A stretch of DNA of 64,000 nt from Bacteroidia bacterium (GTDB lineage Bacteria > Bacteroidota > Bacteroidia > NS11-12g > UBA9320): contig CBDCFW010000003.1 of assembly GCA_965216465.1 (NCBI GenBank), positions 288,001 to 352,000 of the forward strand, read 5' to 3'. Within the stretch, counting starts at the first letter, position 1; every line of letters starts with the position of its first letter. The notes under the pieces were generated by a model. The model had not been told where the DNA came from and did no database searches. It worked only from the letters and a program-made list of their open reading frames with translations. Positions 47,116-58,354 of this stretch are shown in pieces. The position numbers and the translations under genes are program-made.

Positions 47116-49017
47116 ATGGCAGGAAATCAATATAATGAAGACAGTATACGGTCGTTAGATTGGAAAGAGCACATTCGCCTGCGCCCAGGGATGTACATCG
47201 GTAAGCTAGGAAATGGTTCCTCGGCTGAAGATGGCATTTATATTCTCATGAAGGAAGTAATCGATAACTCAATCGATGAATTCATGATGGGCAACGGTAA
47301 GAAGATTGAAGTGAAACTCACTGAAAATGTGGTAAGTGTACGTGATTATGGCCGTGGAATTCCTCTAGGTAAAGTTGTAGATGTGGTGAGTAAGATCAAC
47401 ACAGGTGCTAAATACGACTCTGCTGTTTTTCAGAAATCTGTAGGTTTGAACGGAGTTGGTACCAAGGCGGTTAACGCCCTGTCCTCCTATTTCAAAGTAG
47501 TCAGTTATCGCGATGGCAAATCAAAGTCTGCTGAATTTGAACGTGGTGTGCTAACTTCAGAAAAAGGTGGAAAGTCAGAAGAAGCAAACGGAACATATGT
47601 AGAATACACCGCAGACACAGAAATATTTAAGAAACACAAGTACATAACTGATTACATCGATAATCAAATGTGGAACTATGTATATCTGAATGCAGGTCTT
47701 AGCATCTTCTTTAATGGAAATAGATACTACTCAAAGAATGGTCTTCTCGACCTCTTAGAGCGTAAAACAAATGCGGAGGAAAATAAGTACCCCATCATCC
47801 ATCTCAAAGAAGGAGATATAGAAGTTGCCATTACACATGACAATCACTACGGAGAAGAGTACTATTCATTCGTAAACGGTCAAAACACAACTCAAGGCGG
47901 AACACACGTTGCCGCGTTTAAAGAAGCCCTTGTTAGAACAGTTAGAGATTTCTTTGGAAAGAACTTTGATTCTACAGACATTAGAGCTTCGTTGGTGTCG
48001 GCTATTAGTGTAAGAATTCAAGAACCTGTTTTTGAATCTCAGACCAAGACCAAACTAGGAAGCACTGAAGTTGCTCCTAACGGCCCATCGCTAAAAGCAG
48101 AGATCAATCAGTTTATGAAGAAGTTAGACAACTATCTTCACAAAAACTCAGACACTGCCGAAGCACTGCTCAAAAAAATACAACTCTCAGAACGTGAACG
48201 AAAAGACATGGCTGGCGTTCGAAAAATTGCTAGAGAACGAGCTAAAAAAGCCAGTGTTCATAACAAAAAACTGAGAGATTGCAGGGTACATTTTACCGAT
48301 GAAAAGAAAGAAAATCGCTTAGACACTACCCTATTTATCACTGAGGGAGATTCTGCGAGTGGGTCGATAACCAAAGCAAGAGATGTACAAACTCAAGCAG
48401 TATTTAGTTTAAGAGGTAAACCCTTGAATTGCTTTGGATTAAAGAAGAAAATTGTATACGAAAACGAAGAATTTAACTTACTTCAACACGCTTTAAATAT
48501 TGAAGAAAGTATCGAAGATTTGAGGTACAACAAAATCGTAATTGCAACGGATGCCGATGTTGACGGTATGCATATTCGCTTGCTTATATTAACCTTCTTC
48601 TTGCAATTCTTTCCTGACCTTGTTCGTCAAGGACATCTATACATTTTAGAAACTCCTCTATTTAGAGTTAGAAATAAAAAAGAAACGATTTACTGTTATT
48701 CCGAATCGGAGCGAATTGGGGCACTTAAAAAATTGGGTAAAAATGCTGAAATTACCCGATTCAAAGGTCTTGGTGAGATTTCTCCTGATGAGTTTGGCGG
48801 ATTTATTGGTGAAGATATTCGCCTTGAACCGGTATTGCTCACAGAAGACTCGTCTATCAACAAGATGTTGACTTATTATATGGGTAAAAACACACCAAGC
48901 AGACAGCAATTTATCATCGAAAACCTACGTACTGAGATTGATGAGACCGAAGACAGTGAAGAAGCTGAGCCCAAAGAACTAGAACAACCTAAAGAAAAAA
49001 TAGTAGAAGCTGCTTAA
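47116..49017 (+). CDS. parE: DNA topoisomerase IV subunit B
   Basis: [29 protein letters not shown]. Confidence 0.92.
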   Translation: MAGNQYNEDSIRSLDWKEHIRLRPGMYIGKLGNGSSAEDGIYILMKEVIDNSIDEFMMGNGKKIEVKLTENVVSVRDYGRGIPLGKVVDVVSKINTGAKYDSAVFQKSVGLNGVGTKAVNALSSYFKVVSYRDGKSKSAEFERGVLTSEKGGKSEEANGTYVEYTADTEIFKKHKYITDYIDNQMWNYVYLNAGLSIFFNGNRYYSKNGLLDLLERKTNAEENKYPIIHLKEGDIEVAITHDNHYGEEYYSFVNGQNTTQGGTHVAAFKEALVRTVRDFFGKNFDSTDIRASLVSAISVRIQEPVFESQTKTKLGSTEVAPNGPSLKAEINQFMKKLDNYLHKNSDTAEALLKKIQLSERERKDMAGVRKIARERAKKASVHNKKLRDCRVHFTDEKKENRLDTTLFITEGDSASGSITKARDVQTQAVFSLRGKPLNCFGLKKKIVYENEEFNLLQHALNIEESIEDLRYNKIVIATDADVDGMHIRLLILTFFLQFFPDLVRQGHLYILETPLFRVRNKKETIYCYSESERIGALKKLGKNAEITRFKGLGEISPDEFGGFIGEDIRLEPVLLTEDSSINKMLTYYMGKNTPSRQQFIIENLRTEIDETEDSEEAEPKELEQPKEKIVEAA

Positions 49018-49018
49018 T

Positions 49019-51832
49019 ATGGACGAGAACGAAGAGTTAGAAGAGCAAAACAACCAGCCAGAAGAGAAGGAAACCTCCATAAATTTAGAAGACGGTCAGC
49101 GTGCGGTTAAAGGCATGTATGAAGACTGGTTTCTAGACTATGCCAGCTATGTTATTCTTGAGCGTGCTGTTCCTCATATCAATGATGGTCTAAAGCCCGT
49201 ACAACGACGCTTTCTTCATTCTATGAAAGAAATGGACGACGGTCGATACAACAAGGTTGCCAACATAATTGGGCAAACCATGCAATATCACCCCCATGGA
49301 GATGCAGCTATTGGTCAGGCCATTATAAATATGGGGCAAAAAGACCTCTTGATAGATTGTCAAGGTAACTGGGGAGATATTCGAACCGGAGACGGTGCAG
49401 CTGCTCCGCGTTACATTGAAGCTCGGTTAAACAAGTTCGCGCTTGAAATTGCCTTCAACAAACAAACCACCGATTGGCAACGGTCTTATGATGGAAGAAA
49501 AAATGAGCCTATTACACTTCCTGTTAAGTTTCCATTGCTGCTCGCTCAAGGCGTTGATGGTATTGCTGTTGGTCTGAGTACCAAAATACTTCCACACAAC
49601 TTTGTAGAGCTTATTCAGTCGAGCATAAAGATCTTAGAAGGTAAAAAACCGAAACTATTCCCTGATTTTTTAACGGGAGGAAAAATTGATGTTTCAGACT
49701 ATCAAGATGGGCAACGAGGCGGCCGAATTAAAGTTCGAGCAACCATCATAGAAAAAGATAAGAAGACCCTACTCATAAAAGATGTGCCATATGGTGTCAC
49801 CACTGGAGCTTTAATTGATTCCATTCTTAAAGCAAATGACAAAGGGAAGATTAAGATCAAAAAAGTTGTAGACAATACAGCTAAAGATGTTGAAGTTGAA
49901 ATTCAGCTTCCAAATAACATATCTACCGATAAGACTATTGATGCACTGTATGCCTTCACCAATTGTGAAACATCACTTGCACCCAATGCCTGTGTTATTG
50001 TAGATGATAAGCCGCAATTTTTAGGTGTCACAGACATCTTAAAAATCAATACTGAGAATACAGTTGACCTGCTGAAGCAAGAATTGGAGATTAAACTTGG
50101 TGAGCTTGAAGAGAAGTGGCACTTCAGCTCCTTAGAAAAGATTTTCATTGAAGAACGGATATATCGAGACATTGAAGAATGTGAGACTTGGGAAGAAGTC
50201 TTAACAGCTATAGACAAAGGGCTAGAGCCTTTTAAAAAGCTTTTAAAGAGAGAAGTAACTCAAGAGGATATTGTTAAGCTTACCGAAATTAAGATTAAGC
50301 GTATCTCTAAATTTGATTCGTTTAAAGCAGATGAATTGCTGAAAGGAATTGAAGATGATTTGGAGGAAGTAAATCATCACCTTAACAACCTGGTTGAATT
50401 TGCCATTGCCTACTACCAAAATCTATTGGATAAATATGGAAAAGGCAAAGAAAGAAAGACTGAGATTAGCGACTTTGAAGAAATCAATACCAAAGTTGTA
50501 GCCGTTGCAAACGAAAAGCTTTATGCGAACCTAAAAGAAGGATTTGTTGGAACAGGGCTGAAGAAAGAAACCTACATCTGCGACTGCTCTGATATTGACG
50601 ACATTATCGTATTTAGGTCAGATGGTAAGTATTCGATCAACAAAGTTTCAAGCAAAGCGTTCTTCGGTAAGAACATTATTCATGTTGCTGTATTCAGAAA
50701 GAACGACGATCGTATGACCTATAATGCGGTGTATACGGACGGAAAGACCAAAAAGACTCTCGCTAAGCGATTCAATGTGACTAGCTTTACACGCGACAAG
50801 GAATACGATGTTACCAAAGCAAATAAAGGTTCCAAACTTCATTATTTTACAGCCAATCCTAATGGAGAAGCTGAAGTGGTGAATGTATACCTTCATTCTG
50901 CTGCAAAAGCACGAAATAAACTCATCCATTATAACTTTGCTGATTTAGCGATTAAAGGACGAACCTCACAAGGTAACATGGTTACGAAACATCCTGTTCG
51001 TAAAGTTGACCTGAAAGAAAAAGGTAAATCGACCATTGGTGGCCGGGATATTTGGTATGAAAAGAATATTGGCCGACTTAACATCCATGAGCGTGGTGAA
51101 TACCTCGGTAGCTTCCAAACAGATGATCAGATTTTGGTTATCTACGAAAGCGGTGAATACGAGTTGACCAACCATGAATTAACTAATCGCTATGTTTCAA
51201 AAGAGATTGTACTCATAGAAAAATACAATCCAGAAAAGATAATTACCGCAATTCATTACGACGGCAACTCTAAGAATTACTGTGTAAAACGATTCAACAT
51301 CGAAACGTCTACCCAATCCAAACGCTTTATGTTCATTACCGAAGCCCGTGGAAGTAAGTTGGTGTTAGCGACTACTCAGAAAGAACCGATTATTGAGCTA
51401 TTCACTAAACCTAAGGGTAAGGATAGAAGATCAGAAGACGTCAACCTAAATGAGTTTATTGATGTTAAAGGCTGGAAAAGTATTGGGAATAAGCTTTGTG
51501 GAAGAGAATTTTCACGTGCCAAATTGTATCCTCCAAAACCAGGAGATGAAACAATTGAAACGCCAAGCAAAGAAAATGTCGAACCTGCAGTCACAGATGC
51601 TCCAGAAGACCCAGTTGCAGAGACCTCAGTAGAGCAAACAACTAAAAAGGCGAAAAAGAAGACCGAAGAGCCTATAAAAGCTGAGAAGAAGGAAGCAAAG
51701 AAAGAAGAGAAAGCAGAACCGACTAAACGCATCATTAAGAAGAAAACCCCTCGAACCCCCCCGAAGTTGAAGTCTGAAGAAGACAAAGACAATCAGACAT
51801 TTACAACAGGTGACCAAATAAGCTTGCTATAA
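49019..51832 (+). CDS. parC: DNA topoisomerase IV subunit A
   Basis: DGLKPVQRR, YHPHGD, AAPRYIE; follows parE. Confidence 0.9.
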   Translation: MDENEELEEQNNQPEEKETSINLEDGQRAVKGMYEDWFLDYASYVILERAVPHINDGLKPVQRRFLHSMKEMDDGRYNKVANIIGQTMQYHPHGDAAIGQAIINMGQKDLLIDCQGNWGDIRTGDGAAAPRYIEARLNKFALEIAFNKQTTDWQRSYDGRKNEPITLPVKFPLLLAQGVDGIAVGLSTKILPHNFVELIQSSIKILEGKKPKLFPDFLTGGKIDVSDYQDGQRGGRIKVRATIIEKDKKTLLIKDVPYGVTTGALIDSILKANDKGKIKIKKVVDNTAKDVEVEIQLPNNISTDKTIDALYAFTNCETSLAPNACVIVDDKPQFLGVTDILKINTENTVDLLKQELEIKLGELEEKWHFSSLEKIFIEERIYRDIEECETWEEVLTAIDKGLEPFKKLLKREVTQEDIVKLTEIKIKRISKFDSFKADELLKGIEDDLEEVNHHLNNLVEFAIAYYQNLLDKYGKGKERKTEISDFEEINTKVVAVANEKLYANLKEGFVGTGLKKETYICDCSDIDDIIVFRSDGKYSINKVSSKAFFGKNIIHVAVFRKNDDRMTYNAVYTDGKTKKTLAKRFNVTSFTRDKEYDVTKANKGSKLHYFTANPNGEAEVVNVYLHSAAKARNKLIHYNFADLAIKGRTSQGNMVTKHPVRKVDLKEKGKSTIGGRDIWYEKNIGRLNIHERGEYLGSFQTDDQILVIYESGEYELTNHELTNRYVSKEIVLIEKYNPEKIITAIHYDGNSKNYCVKRFNIETSTQSKRFMFITEARGSKLVLATTQKEPIIELFTKPKGKDRRSEDVNLNEFIDVKGWKSIGNKLCGREFSRAKLYPPKPGDETIETPSKENVEPAVTDAPEDPVAETSVEQTTKKAKKKTEEPIKAEKKEAKKEEKAEPTKRIIKKKTPRTPPKLKSEEDKDNQTFTTGDQISLL

Positions 51833-51833
51833 C

Positions 51834-52289
51834 ATGTTAAACAAAGAATTCAAAAAACTCACCACCATTCACTTAGCCATATGTTTGTTTTTGGCGATTC
51901 TTATAATCGTGATGTACTTTGTTTTTCCTGATATATCACAGGCATCAGAAGAAACTGGACTAACCCTAGAAATGATCATTCCATTATTTGCAGTAACGTC
52001 AATAGCTGCAGGGTTCATGGTTTCAAGACAACGTTTAAATAGCATCGCTGACGATGCCACAGGAATGGAAAAAATGGCGATCTATCGAGCGGTCATGATA
52101 ATTCGATGGGCTACTGCCGAAGGTGCTGCCCTATTCGCATGTGTAGGTTACTTACTAACCCAACGGATGAATCTGATACTCTATGCCACAATGATTGGAG
52201 TATATATGATTTATTTGCGTCCAATCAAACACAAGGTGATTCAAGACCTTAAACTCACAGACGATGAGGCAGAAGAATTAAGATCGTAA
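51834..52289 (+). CDS. Hypothetical 4-TM membrane protein
   Basis: Hydrophobic segments, A..EG motif. Confidence 0.7.
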   Translation: MLNKEFKKLTTIHLAICLFLAILIIVMYFVFPDISQASEETGLTLEMIIPLFAVTSIAAGFMVSRQRLNSIADDATGMEKMAIYRAVMIIRWATAEGAALFACVGYLLTQRMNLILYATMIGVYMIYLRPIKHKVIQDLKLTDDEAEELRS

Positions 52290-52290
52290 A

Positions 52291-52785
52291 ATGACACCTC
52301 AGGCATTTCGCAAAAAGGTCAACTCTCCCCTCTTCAAATTATTCTTGTTGCAGAAGCTTCCTATGGCATTTCCTGCTGGTATTTCAGTTCAAAGTTTTAC
52401 AACGAAGCAATGCACAACTTCCATGCGATTTAAATGGCTGAATAAGAATCCATTTCGATCTCTGTATTTTGCAGCATTAGAGATGGCAGCCGAATTAAGC
52501 ACTGGTCTGCAACTATTCCAATACATAAGTCCAGACAACAAGTTCTCTATGCTTTTAATTGCCAATCAAGCACATTATCATAAAAAAGCCATTGGCAAAA
52601 TTCAGTTTGTTTGCGAAGAAGGTGAACGAGTAAATCAATTCGTAGACGACTTAGCTAAGTCACCAGATGGAGCTATAATCGACATGAAAGTGAAGGCGTA
52701 TGCCAAAGATGAAATGGTTGCGGAATTTACTTTTACCTGGTCGTGTAAAAAAAAGCAAGGCCCAGAGGTAAATTCTAGGCCTTAA
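52291..52785 (+). CDS. Hotdog-fold thioesterase-like protein (DUF4442)
   Basis: NKNPFRSLYFAA..MAAELSTG. Confidence 0.8.
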   Translation: MTPQAFRKKVNSPLFKLFLLQKLPMAFPAGISVQSFTTKQCTTSMRFKWLNKNPFRSLYFAALEMAAELSTGLQLFQYISPDNKFSMLLIANQAHYHKKAIGKIQFVCEEGERVNQFVDDLAKSPDGAIIDMKVKAYAKDEMVAEFTFTWSCKKKQGPEVNSRP

Positions 52786-52911
52786 GCTAAGGTTTGGTTA
52801 ATTAATCCCAGACTTTCTCACTGTCTGAAATGAGGTTTACATTGTAAAAGTAGCAAAAAAGCAGAAATAAACAATTCTAAAAGGGTATTAATTAAGGAAT
52901 AATACAGAGTA

Positions 52912-53787
52912 TTGCACTCGAAATTGAGCAATACAAAAACATTCAATCCTTTTTTATACCTCATCATTCTTGCTGTATTTTGGGGCAGTTCATTCATCTT
53001 AATGAAGATTGGATTGGTGTCGTACAATAGCAATGAAGTTGCGGCTCTTCGACTGGCTGTTGCTGGAATAGTTCTCATTCCTTTTATACGCTGGAAACAG
53101 GTAAAAATAAGAAAAGGAGATTTTAAGTACTTTGTATTTTCTGGTGTTTTTGGAAGTGCAATCCCAGCATTTCTATTCACTGCTGCCCAAACCACAATTT
53201 CGAGTTCACTGGCAGGAGCCTTGAATGGATTAACTCCTCTCTTTGCTCTACTCATAGGAGTCTTATTTCTCAATGTTAAATTCAGCAAGTTCAAGTTATT
53301 AGGCGTCTGTGTTGGATTGATTGGAGCATTTGCGTTGATGATGTCTACAGATTTTAAATTTGAGTTCTCAGGTACATTCCTTATTGTGTTGGCCACTGTT
53401 TTATACGGAACCAACGTAAACATAATAAAACACAAGCTTGGTGATTACCCTCCTCTGCTGGTGGCAGTTCTACCCTTAGCACTTATTTCTCTCATAGGTA
53501 TAGCCGTTCTGTTACAACAAGAAATTGCTATTGATCTTTCTTCGTCGGATGAAATAAAGTCGCTTATAGCTATCTTAATCTTAGCAATAGTTGGAACGGG
53601 AATTAGTTTGATTTTATTTAATCAATTAATCCAAAAAACCAATGCTGTCTTTGCATCTTCGGTTACATATCTTATCCCAATTGTTGCCTTATTTTGGGGC
53701 ATCTTAGATGGTGAGATCATCGGCTTGAATCATATCGCTGGATTAGGTTTGATATTACTTGCTATTTGGCTCATCAGAAAAGACTAA
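52912..53787 (+). CDS. DMT/EamA family transporter
   Basis: WGSSF, VTYLIP.VA..WG..DGE. Confidence 0.9.
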   Translation: MHSKLSNTKTFNPFLYLIILAVFWGSSFILMKIGLVSYNSNEVAALRLAVAGIVLIPFIRWKQVKIRKGDFKYFVFSGVFGSAIPAFLFTAAQTTISSSLAGALNGLTPLFALLIGVLFLNVKFSKFKLLGVCVGLIGAFALMMSTDFKFEFSGTFLIVLATVLYGTNVNIIKHKLGDYPPLLVAVLPLALISLIGIAVLLQQEIAIDLSSSDEIKSLIAILILAIVGTGISLILFNQLIQKTNAVFASSVTYLIPIVALFWGILDGEIIGLNHIAGLGLILLAIWLIRKD

Positions 53788-53822
53788 GTAAGTTTTTTAA
53801 CACCAAATCGTATTTGTATATA

Positions 53823-54428
53823 ATGAAATTTAAACATTCATTGGAAGACAGAAATGTGTTTTCGTATGAGGCATACAGAAAACATGTAGATTACCTATTC
53901 GACCACAATCGAACCACAGGTAGCAATCATTCAGAAAACATGGTAGCGTATACCCAATTGAACATTGCCCGAATGAATCGATTGGATAAACGAGCTACCA
54001 TAGATGCTCAGTTGCAAAACGCTATTAAAAGTCTTGAGCCACAGACGTGGTTAGTTATATCTGAAGCCTGGTGTGGTGATGCAGCACAAAATCTTCCCTA
54101 CATTCAGAAAATGGCAGAGCAAAATAGCAACATAGACCTTAAGATTATACTCCGCGACGAAAATTTGGATATTATAGACGATTTTCTTACCAACGGTGGA
54201 AGAGCCATACCTAAACTCAGTGCATTAGATTGCCACCAGAACGTGCTATTTACCTGGGGTGCTCGACCATATGATATTCAGCGTGAGTTTCTTGAACTTA
54301 GAGATGCAGGTTTGCCAAAATCTGAGATTTCGAAGACCATCCAAATGCTTTATACAAAGGATAAAGGACAAGGCATTCAGAATGATTTTCTAGAGATTAT
54401 CAGCAAATTGGAAATGGTATTCTGTTAA
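53823..54428 (+). CDS. Thioredoxin-family protein
   Basis: EAWCGD, TNGGRAIP, WG.RP. Confidence 0.88.
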   Translation: MKFKHSLEDRNVFSYEAYRKHVDYLFDHNRTTGSNHSENMVAYTQLNIARMNRLDKRATIDAQLQNAIKSLEPQTWLVISEAWCGDAAQNLPYIQKMAEQNSNIDLKIILRDENLDIIDDFLTNGGRAIPKLSALDCHQNVLFTWGARPYDIQREFLELRDAGLPKSEISKTIQMLYTKDKGQGIQNDFLEIISKLEMVFC

Positions 54429-54532
54429 ATGGGTAAAAGTCGATAAATAATATTGATAAGTTTTGAAAATAAAACTTGTTTAAACTCAAAAATTAGAAGT
54501 TTATTTGACGTTTTAAATTATTTAGACTGAGA

Positions 54533-55657
54533 ATGAAATTTATTGTAAATACTGATCAACTGTTAAACAAGCTTCAAGACGTTAGCGGTACCATTGTTTC
54601 AAAACCTGTAATTCCTATTTTAGACCACTTTTTGTTTGATATTAGTAACGGAAAACTAACCATTACTGCTACAGATTTGGAAACTTCAATGAGTACTTCA
54701 ATTGATGTACAAGCAGATGAAGATGTAAAAATTGCTGTACCTTCTAAGATGTGTCTTGACACGTTAAAAGCATTGCCAAATCAGCCAGTGACATTTACAA
54801 TCAATTCCGATAAGAACAGCATTGAACTAAAATCTGAGTTTGGTCGATATAAATTAATCGGTCAAAACGCTGATGATTTCCCGCGTATTCCAGATGTGTC
54901 TGCCGACAATGGATTCAAAATGGAAAGTGGCGTATTATCAAGCAGCATTGCACAGTCAATTTTTGCATCTGGTAACGATGAACTACGATTGAGTTTAACA
55001 GGTGTTTATGTTCAGCTTTATAACGACAACGCAGTATTTGTTGCTACCGATGCCAACCGCTTAGTGAAAGTTGAGCGTAGCGATGTGAATCCTGGAGTTG
55101 AAACAAACTTTATTTTACCTAAGAAGGCTCTTAACTTATTAAAGTCTCATCTTCCTCACGACTCATCAGAAGTACAGGTAAATTTTAACGACTCGAATGC
55201 ATTTTTCTCTTTTGGAGATATTAGCTTAATCTGTCGTTTGATTGACGAAAGATACCCTGATTATAAAGCAGTAATTCCTGCCGACAATCCAAACAAGCTT
55301 TCAATCTCTCGTCAAGATTTCCTGAACTCCGTTAAACGTATTAGCATCTTTGGAAATAAGACAACCAATCAAATTAACATTAAAATTACAGGCAGCGAAT
55401 TAACTATCTCTGCTGAAGATATTGACCTGAGCAATGAAGCGGTAGAACGCCTAGGTTGCGACTATGCAGGTGAAGACATGGAGATCGGATTCAACTCAAA
55501 GTTGCTGATCGAAATGCTACAAAATATCAACACTCCAGATATAACAATTGAACTATCTACTCCTAACCGAGCAGGTATAATTTTACCATCTGAGAATGTT
55601 GAAAACGAAGACTTATTAATGCTCATTATGCCAATGATGATTGCAGGGGCTAGCTAG
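54533..55657 (+). CDS. dnaN: DNA polymerase III beta clamp
   Basis: ATDLE, VATD..RL, YPDY..VIP, IGFN, MP. Confidence 0.97.
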   Translation: MKFIVNTDQLLNKLQDVSGTIVSKPVIPILDHFLFDISNGKLTITATDLETSMSTSIDVQADEDVKIAVPSKMCLDTLKALPNQPVTFTINSDKNSIELKSEFGRYKLIGQNADDFPRIPDVSADNGFKMESGVLSSSIAQSIFASGNDELRLSLTGVYVQLYNDNAVFVATDANRLVKVERSDVNPGVETNFILPKKALNLLKSHLPHDSSEVQVNFNDSNAFFSFGDISLICRLIDERYPDYKAVIPADNPNKLSISRQDFLNSVKRISIFGNKTTNQINIKITGSELTISAEDIDLSNEAVERLGCDYAGEDMEIGFNSKLLIEMLQNINTPDITIELSTPNRAGIILPSENVENEDLLMLIMPMMIAGAS

Positions 55658-55812
55658 TTATTGTAAGTTTATTGTCACTTATGTGTCAGACCAAAAATTA
55701 GTTCTTTCTCAATTCAACTTTGGTTGTATATTTGAGTGACTTAATAGTCAGAAAGCCAATCTAAAGCCTCAGTACAAGGTGCTGGGGCTTTTACATTTTT
55801 AAAAATCTCGAT

Positions 55813-56451
55813 TTGCTTAATCACTATAACTTCATAGCCAAAATCTACTCACCTATTTCTCGCTTGGTTTTTGGCCAACGACTTAAACGTATTCAGGCTG
55901 AGCTTATTAGCGAATTACCACAAGAAGGGAGCTTGGTAATTTTAGGCGGCGGAGACGGATTTATTCTTCCTCTAATCTATCAACATGCCCCTCATTTAAG
56001 GATTGAATTTGTTGAAGCTTCAAGTGAGATGATAAAACTCGCTAAAGCAAAGACAAATGCAAATCAAAATGTGAGCTTTACCCATTCCGACAGCTTTTCA
56101 TTTCAGTCATCTGATCACAACTTAATTTATGCTGCTTTTTTCCTTGATCTATTTGAGCAAGATAAAATTGGAGAAGTCATTGGCACAATAGAATCTAAAC
56201 TTAAAGACCAAAAAAATCTCAAATGGTATGTTGCAGATTTTGAATTGTCTAAAAGCACAAAACGACTTGTTTTTAGAAGATTTTTAATAAAACTGACCAT
56301 TTTATTCTTCAAGATTTTCACCAAGCATCGCGTGGATTACCTGCCAGATGTGTTTAACTCATTTGACCAACGGAAATACAAACTTCTGAACACTAAGACT
56401 TTAGGTGGAAACTTCATCAAATATCAAGTATTGGTAAATTCTTCATACTAA
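55813..56451 (+). CDS. Class I SAM-dependent methyltransferase
   Basis: ILGGGDG, E.S..M, FFLDLF. Confidence 0.8.
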   Translation: MLNHYNFIAKIYSPISRLVFGQRLKRIQAELISELPQEGSLVILGGGDGFILPLIYQHAPHLRIEFVEASSEMIKLAKAKTNANQNVSFTHSDSFSFQSSDHNLIYAAFFLDLFEQDKIGEVIGTIESKLKDQKNLKWYVADFELSKSTKRLVFRRFLIKLTILFFKIFTKHRVDYLPDVFNSFDQRKYKLLNTKTLGGNFIKYQVLVNSSY

Positions 56452-56487
56452 GTGGCATATCTTTTGAGTTATACTTAAAAGACACCA

Positions 56488-57648
56488 GTGATGAAGATTA
56501 GGAGGTTTATACTAATTGTTGGTTTGGTCTTAACAATCGCCAACATAAACGCGGGAAGTTCTATAGGAACCGCGGTAGACTTCTATGGCCACAACCTGCA
56601 TATCTCTTACGACCAACAGGTGTCGAACTTAAGCCTACAAAATTTGAGTCAGTCTGAAATCACAAGCAAACTTGCTCTGCTCAGAAACGACAACCTCAGC
56701 AAATCAACCTATTACATTAAAAAGCACATTGATTTCTACGAACTCGACGGTACTGCTACTACCCTATTGGTCGACAAGTACGCTGAGACAATAACTAAGA
56801 ACATCAATCAGAAAAATTTCATCAAGTATCTTACCCTTAAAGATCTTGGATACGATGTAATACTGACTCGTACAGGAACAAAGCTGAATTGTTTAGGAAA
56901 CCTTTCCTACAAGCCTGGAAGATACATCTACATCCGCTATGCAAATAAGATTTACAAAGATCTTGATTTTAAGAATAGAACAAATTATAGCAAACACTTG
57001 ATCTATATGGACTCGAAAAAGACCTATAGAACAATCGAGCGAAACGTTTTACGAGTTCCCAAAATCAATGCTAAGATCATATCTAAGGAATTGAATTTTG
57101 CTTACCGGGCTCAAGACCATGAATTACGTGCTCGAAGTAATCAGTCTATTACTGAGTTTTTGGGAGATCTTCCATTGTTTGATGTGGGCAGAGAGTTTAC
57201 CTATCTCAATATGTCGCGTGAAATGAACGCTACAGTTATGAGTTACTTGAGAAATGAAGTAAGAGAAATGAACAAGGTTGAAGGAGTTCGATTTCTACTA
57301 AATTTTGTTCAGCAAGTAGTACCATATGGAAGTGATTTTGACAAGTACGGAGAAGAGAGATTCTACTATCCTGAGGAAACCATCATGGCGGTTAATGCAG
57401 ACTGCGAGGACAAAGCAATTCTTCTGTCTTACCTCTCTAAGCGTTTATTAAGCGTTAATAGCATAGGTCTATTCTTTGAGAACGATGAACACTTGAGCCT
57501 TGCTTTAGAAATACCTGACTACGCTCCTGCCGGTTCATTCAACTATAAAGGTAAGACTTATATTCCTGTTGAGCCCACGGCAAAATACCCGAGATTAGGT
57601 CAATCTCAGTTTTCGCTCAACCGGGTAACAGAGGTTATTCCGCTTTAA
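56488..57648 (+). CDS. Secreted protein with transglutaminase-like Cys-His motif
   Basis: YPEET...ADCEDK, EHL, EPT. Confidence 0.7.
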   Translation: MMKIRRFILIVGLVLTIANINAGSSIGTAVDFYGHNLHISYDQQVSNLSLQNLSQSEITSKLALLRNDNLSKSTYYIKKHIDFYELDGTATTLLVDKYAETITKNINQKNFIKYLTLKDLGYDVILTRTGTKLNCLGNLSYKPGRYIYIRYANKIYKDLDFKNRTNYSKHLIYMDSKKTYRTIERNVLRVPKINAKIISKELNFAYRAQDHELRARSNQSITEFLGDLPLFDVGREFTYLNMSREMNATVMSYLRNEVREMNKVEGVRFLLNFVQQVVPYGSDFDKYGEERFYYPEETIMAVNADCEDKAILLSYLSKRLLSVNSIGLFFENDEHLSLALEIPDYAPAGSFNYKGKTYIPVEPTAKYPRLGQSQFSLNRVTEVIPL

Positions 57649-58352
57649 GCTTTTTTCTTTCTTGGCCCCCTTGGTTGTAAGGGTCTGACTTCAAGATTTA
57701 CTTGATGAAAATTATCAGGGGTCTCGGTAGCGTGAACAATCATTTGAGCTACATCTTCAGGCATTAACATATAGTCATGTGCATCGATTGAAGCTGAATT
57801 GTCAAAGAAATCAGTTTTAACCGATCCAGGATACACGCAAGTCACCTTAATTTTAAAATCACGTAGTTCTTTGTATAAGCTCTCAGAAATTCCTTTTACA
57901 GCAAACTTAGAACCGCAATAGACTGATACCTGTTGATAGGCCTCTATTCCTGCAATGGATGCAATATTCACGATATGCCCATATTCTTGTTCCTTCATAA
58001 TTGGAGCTACCAGCTTGCAGGTATACAAAGTTCCATACACGTTGGTTTCGTATACTTGGTGAATCTGCTCTAGCGAATAGTCTTCAATGTATCCGAAGTA
58101 ACCCAGTCCTGCATTATTCACTAAAACATGAACAGTTCCTTGCTTTTCTACGAATGACTGAATCGAACGTTCAACTTCCTCAAATTTCCGAACATTTGTA
58201 GTGTAGAAGGAAAAGTTTTCATGATTAATCTGTGGGTCACGAAGCCCCATCCCTCCTACTATTGCTCCTTTTTCTAGAAATTGTTTAACTAGAGCATTAC
58301 CGATACCTCGGCTAACTCCGGTTACCAGTACTCCTTTACCTTTTAAATCCAT
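57645..58352 (-). CDS. SDR family oxidoreductase
   Basis: TG..RGIG, NNAG, YCGSK. Confidence 0.93.
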   Translation of the reverse strand: MDLKGKGVLVTGVSRGIGNALVKQFLEKGAIVGGMGLRDPQINHENFSFYTTNVRKFEEVERSIQSFVEKQGTVHVLVNNAGLGYFGYIEDYSLEQIHQVYETNVYGTLYTCKLVAPIMKEQEYGHIVNIASIAGIEAYQQVSVYCGSKFAVKGISESLYKELRDFKIKVTCVYPGSVKTDFFDNSASIDAHDYMLMPEDVAQMIVHATETPDNFHQVNLEVRPLQPRGPRKKKA

Positions 58353-58354
58353 GC

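Noticed and set aside
14157-55657. gyrA and dnaN as markers of oriC
   Set aside because: No dnaA, recF or gyrB cluster and no DnaA-box array noticed; these genes are dispersed in Bacteroidota.
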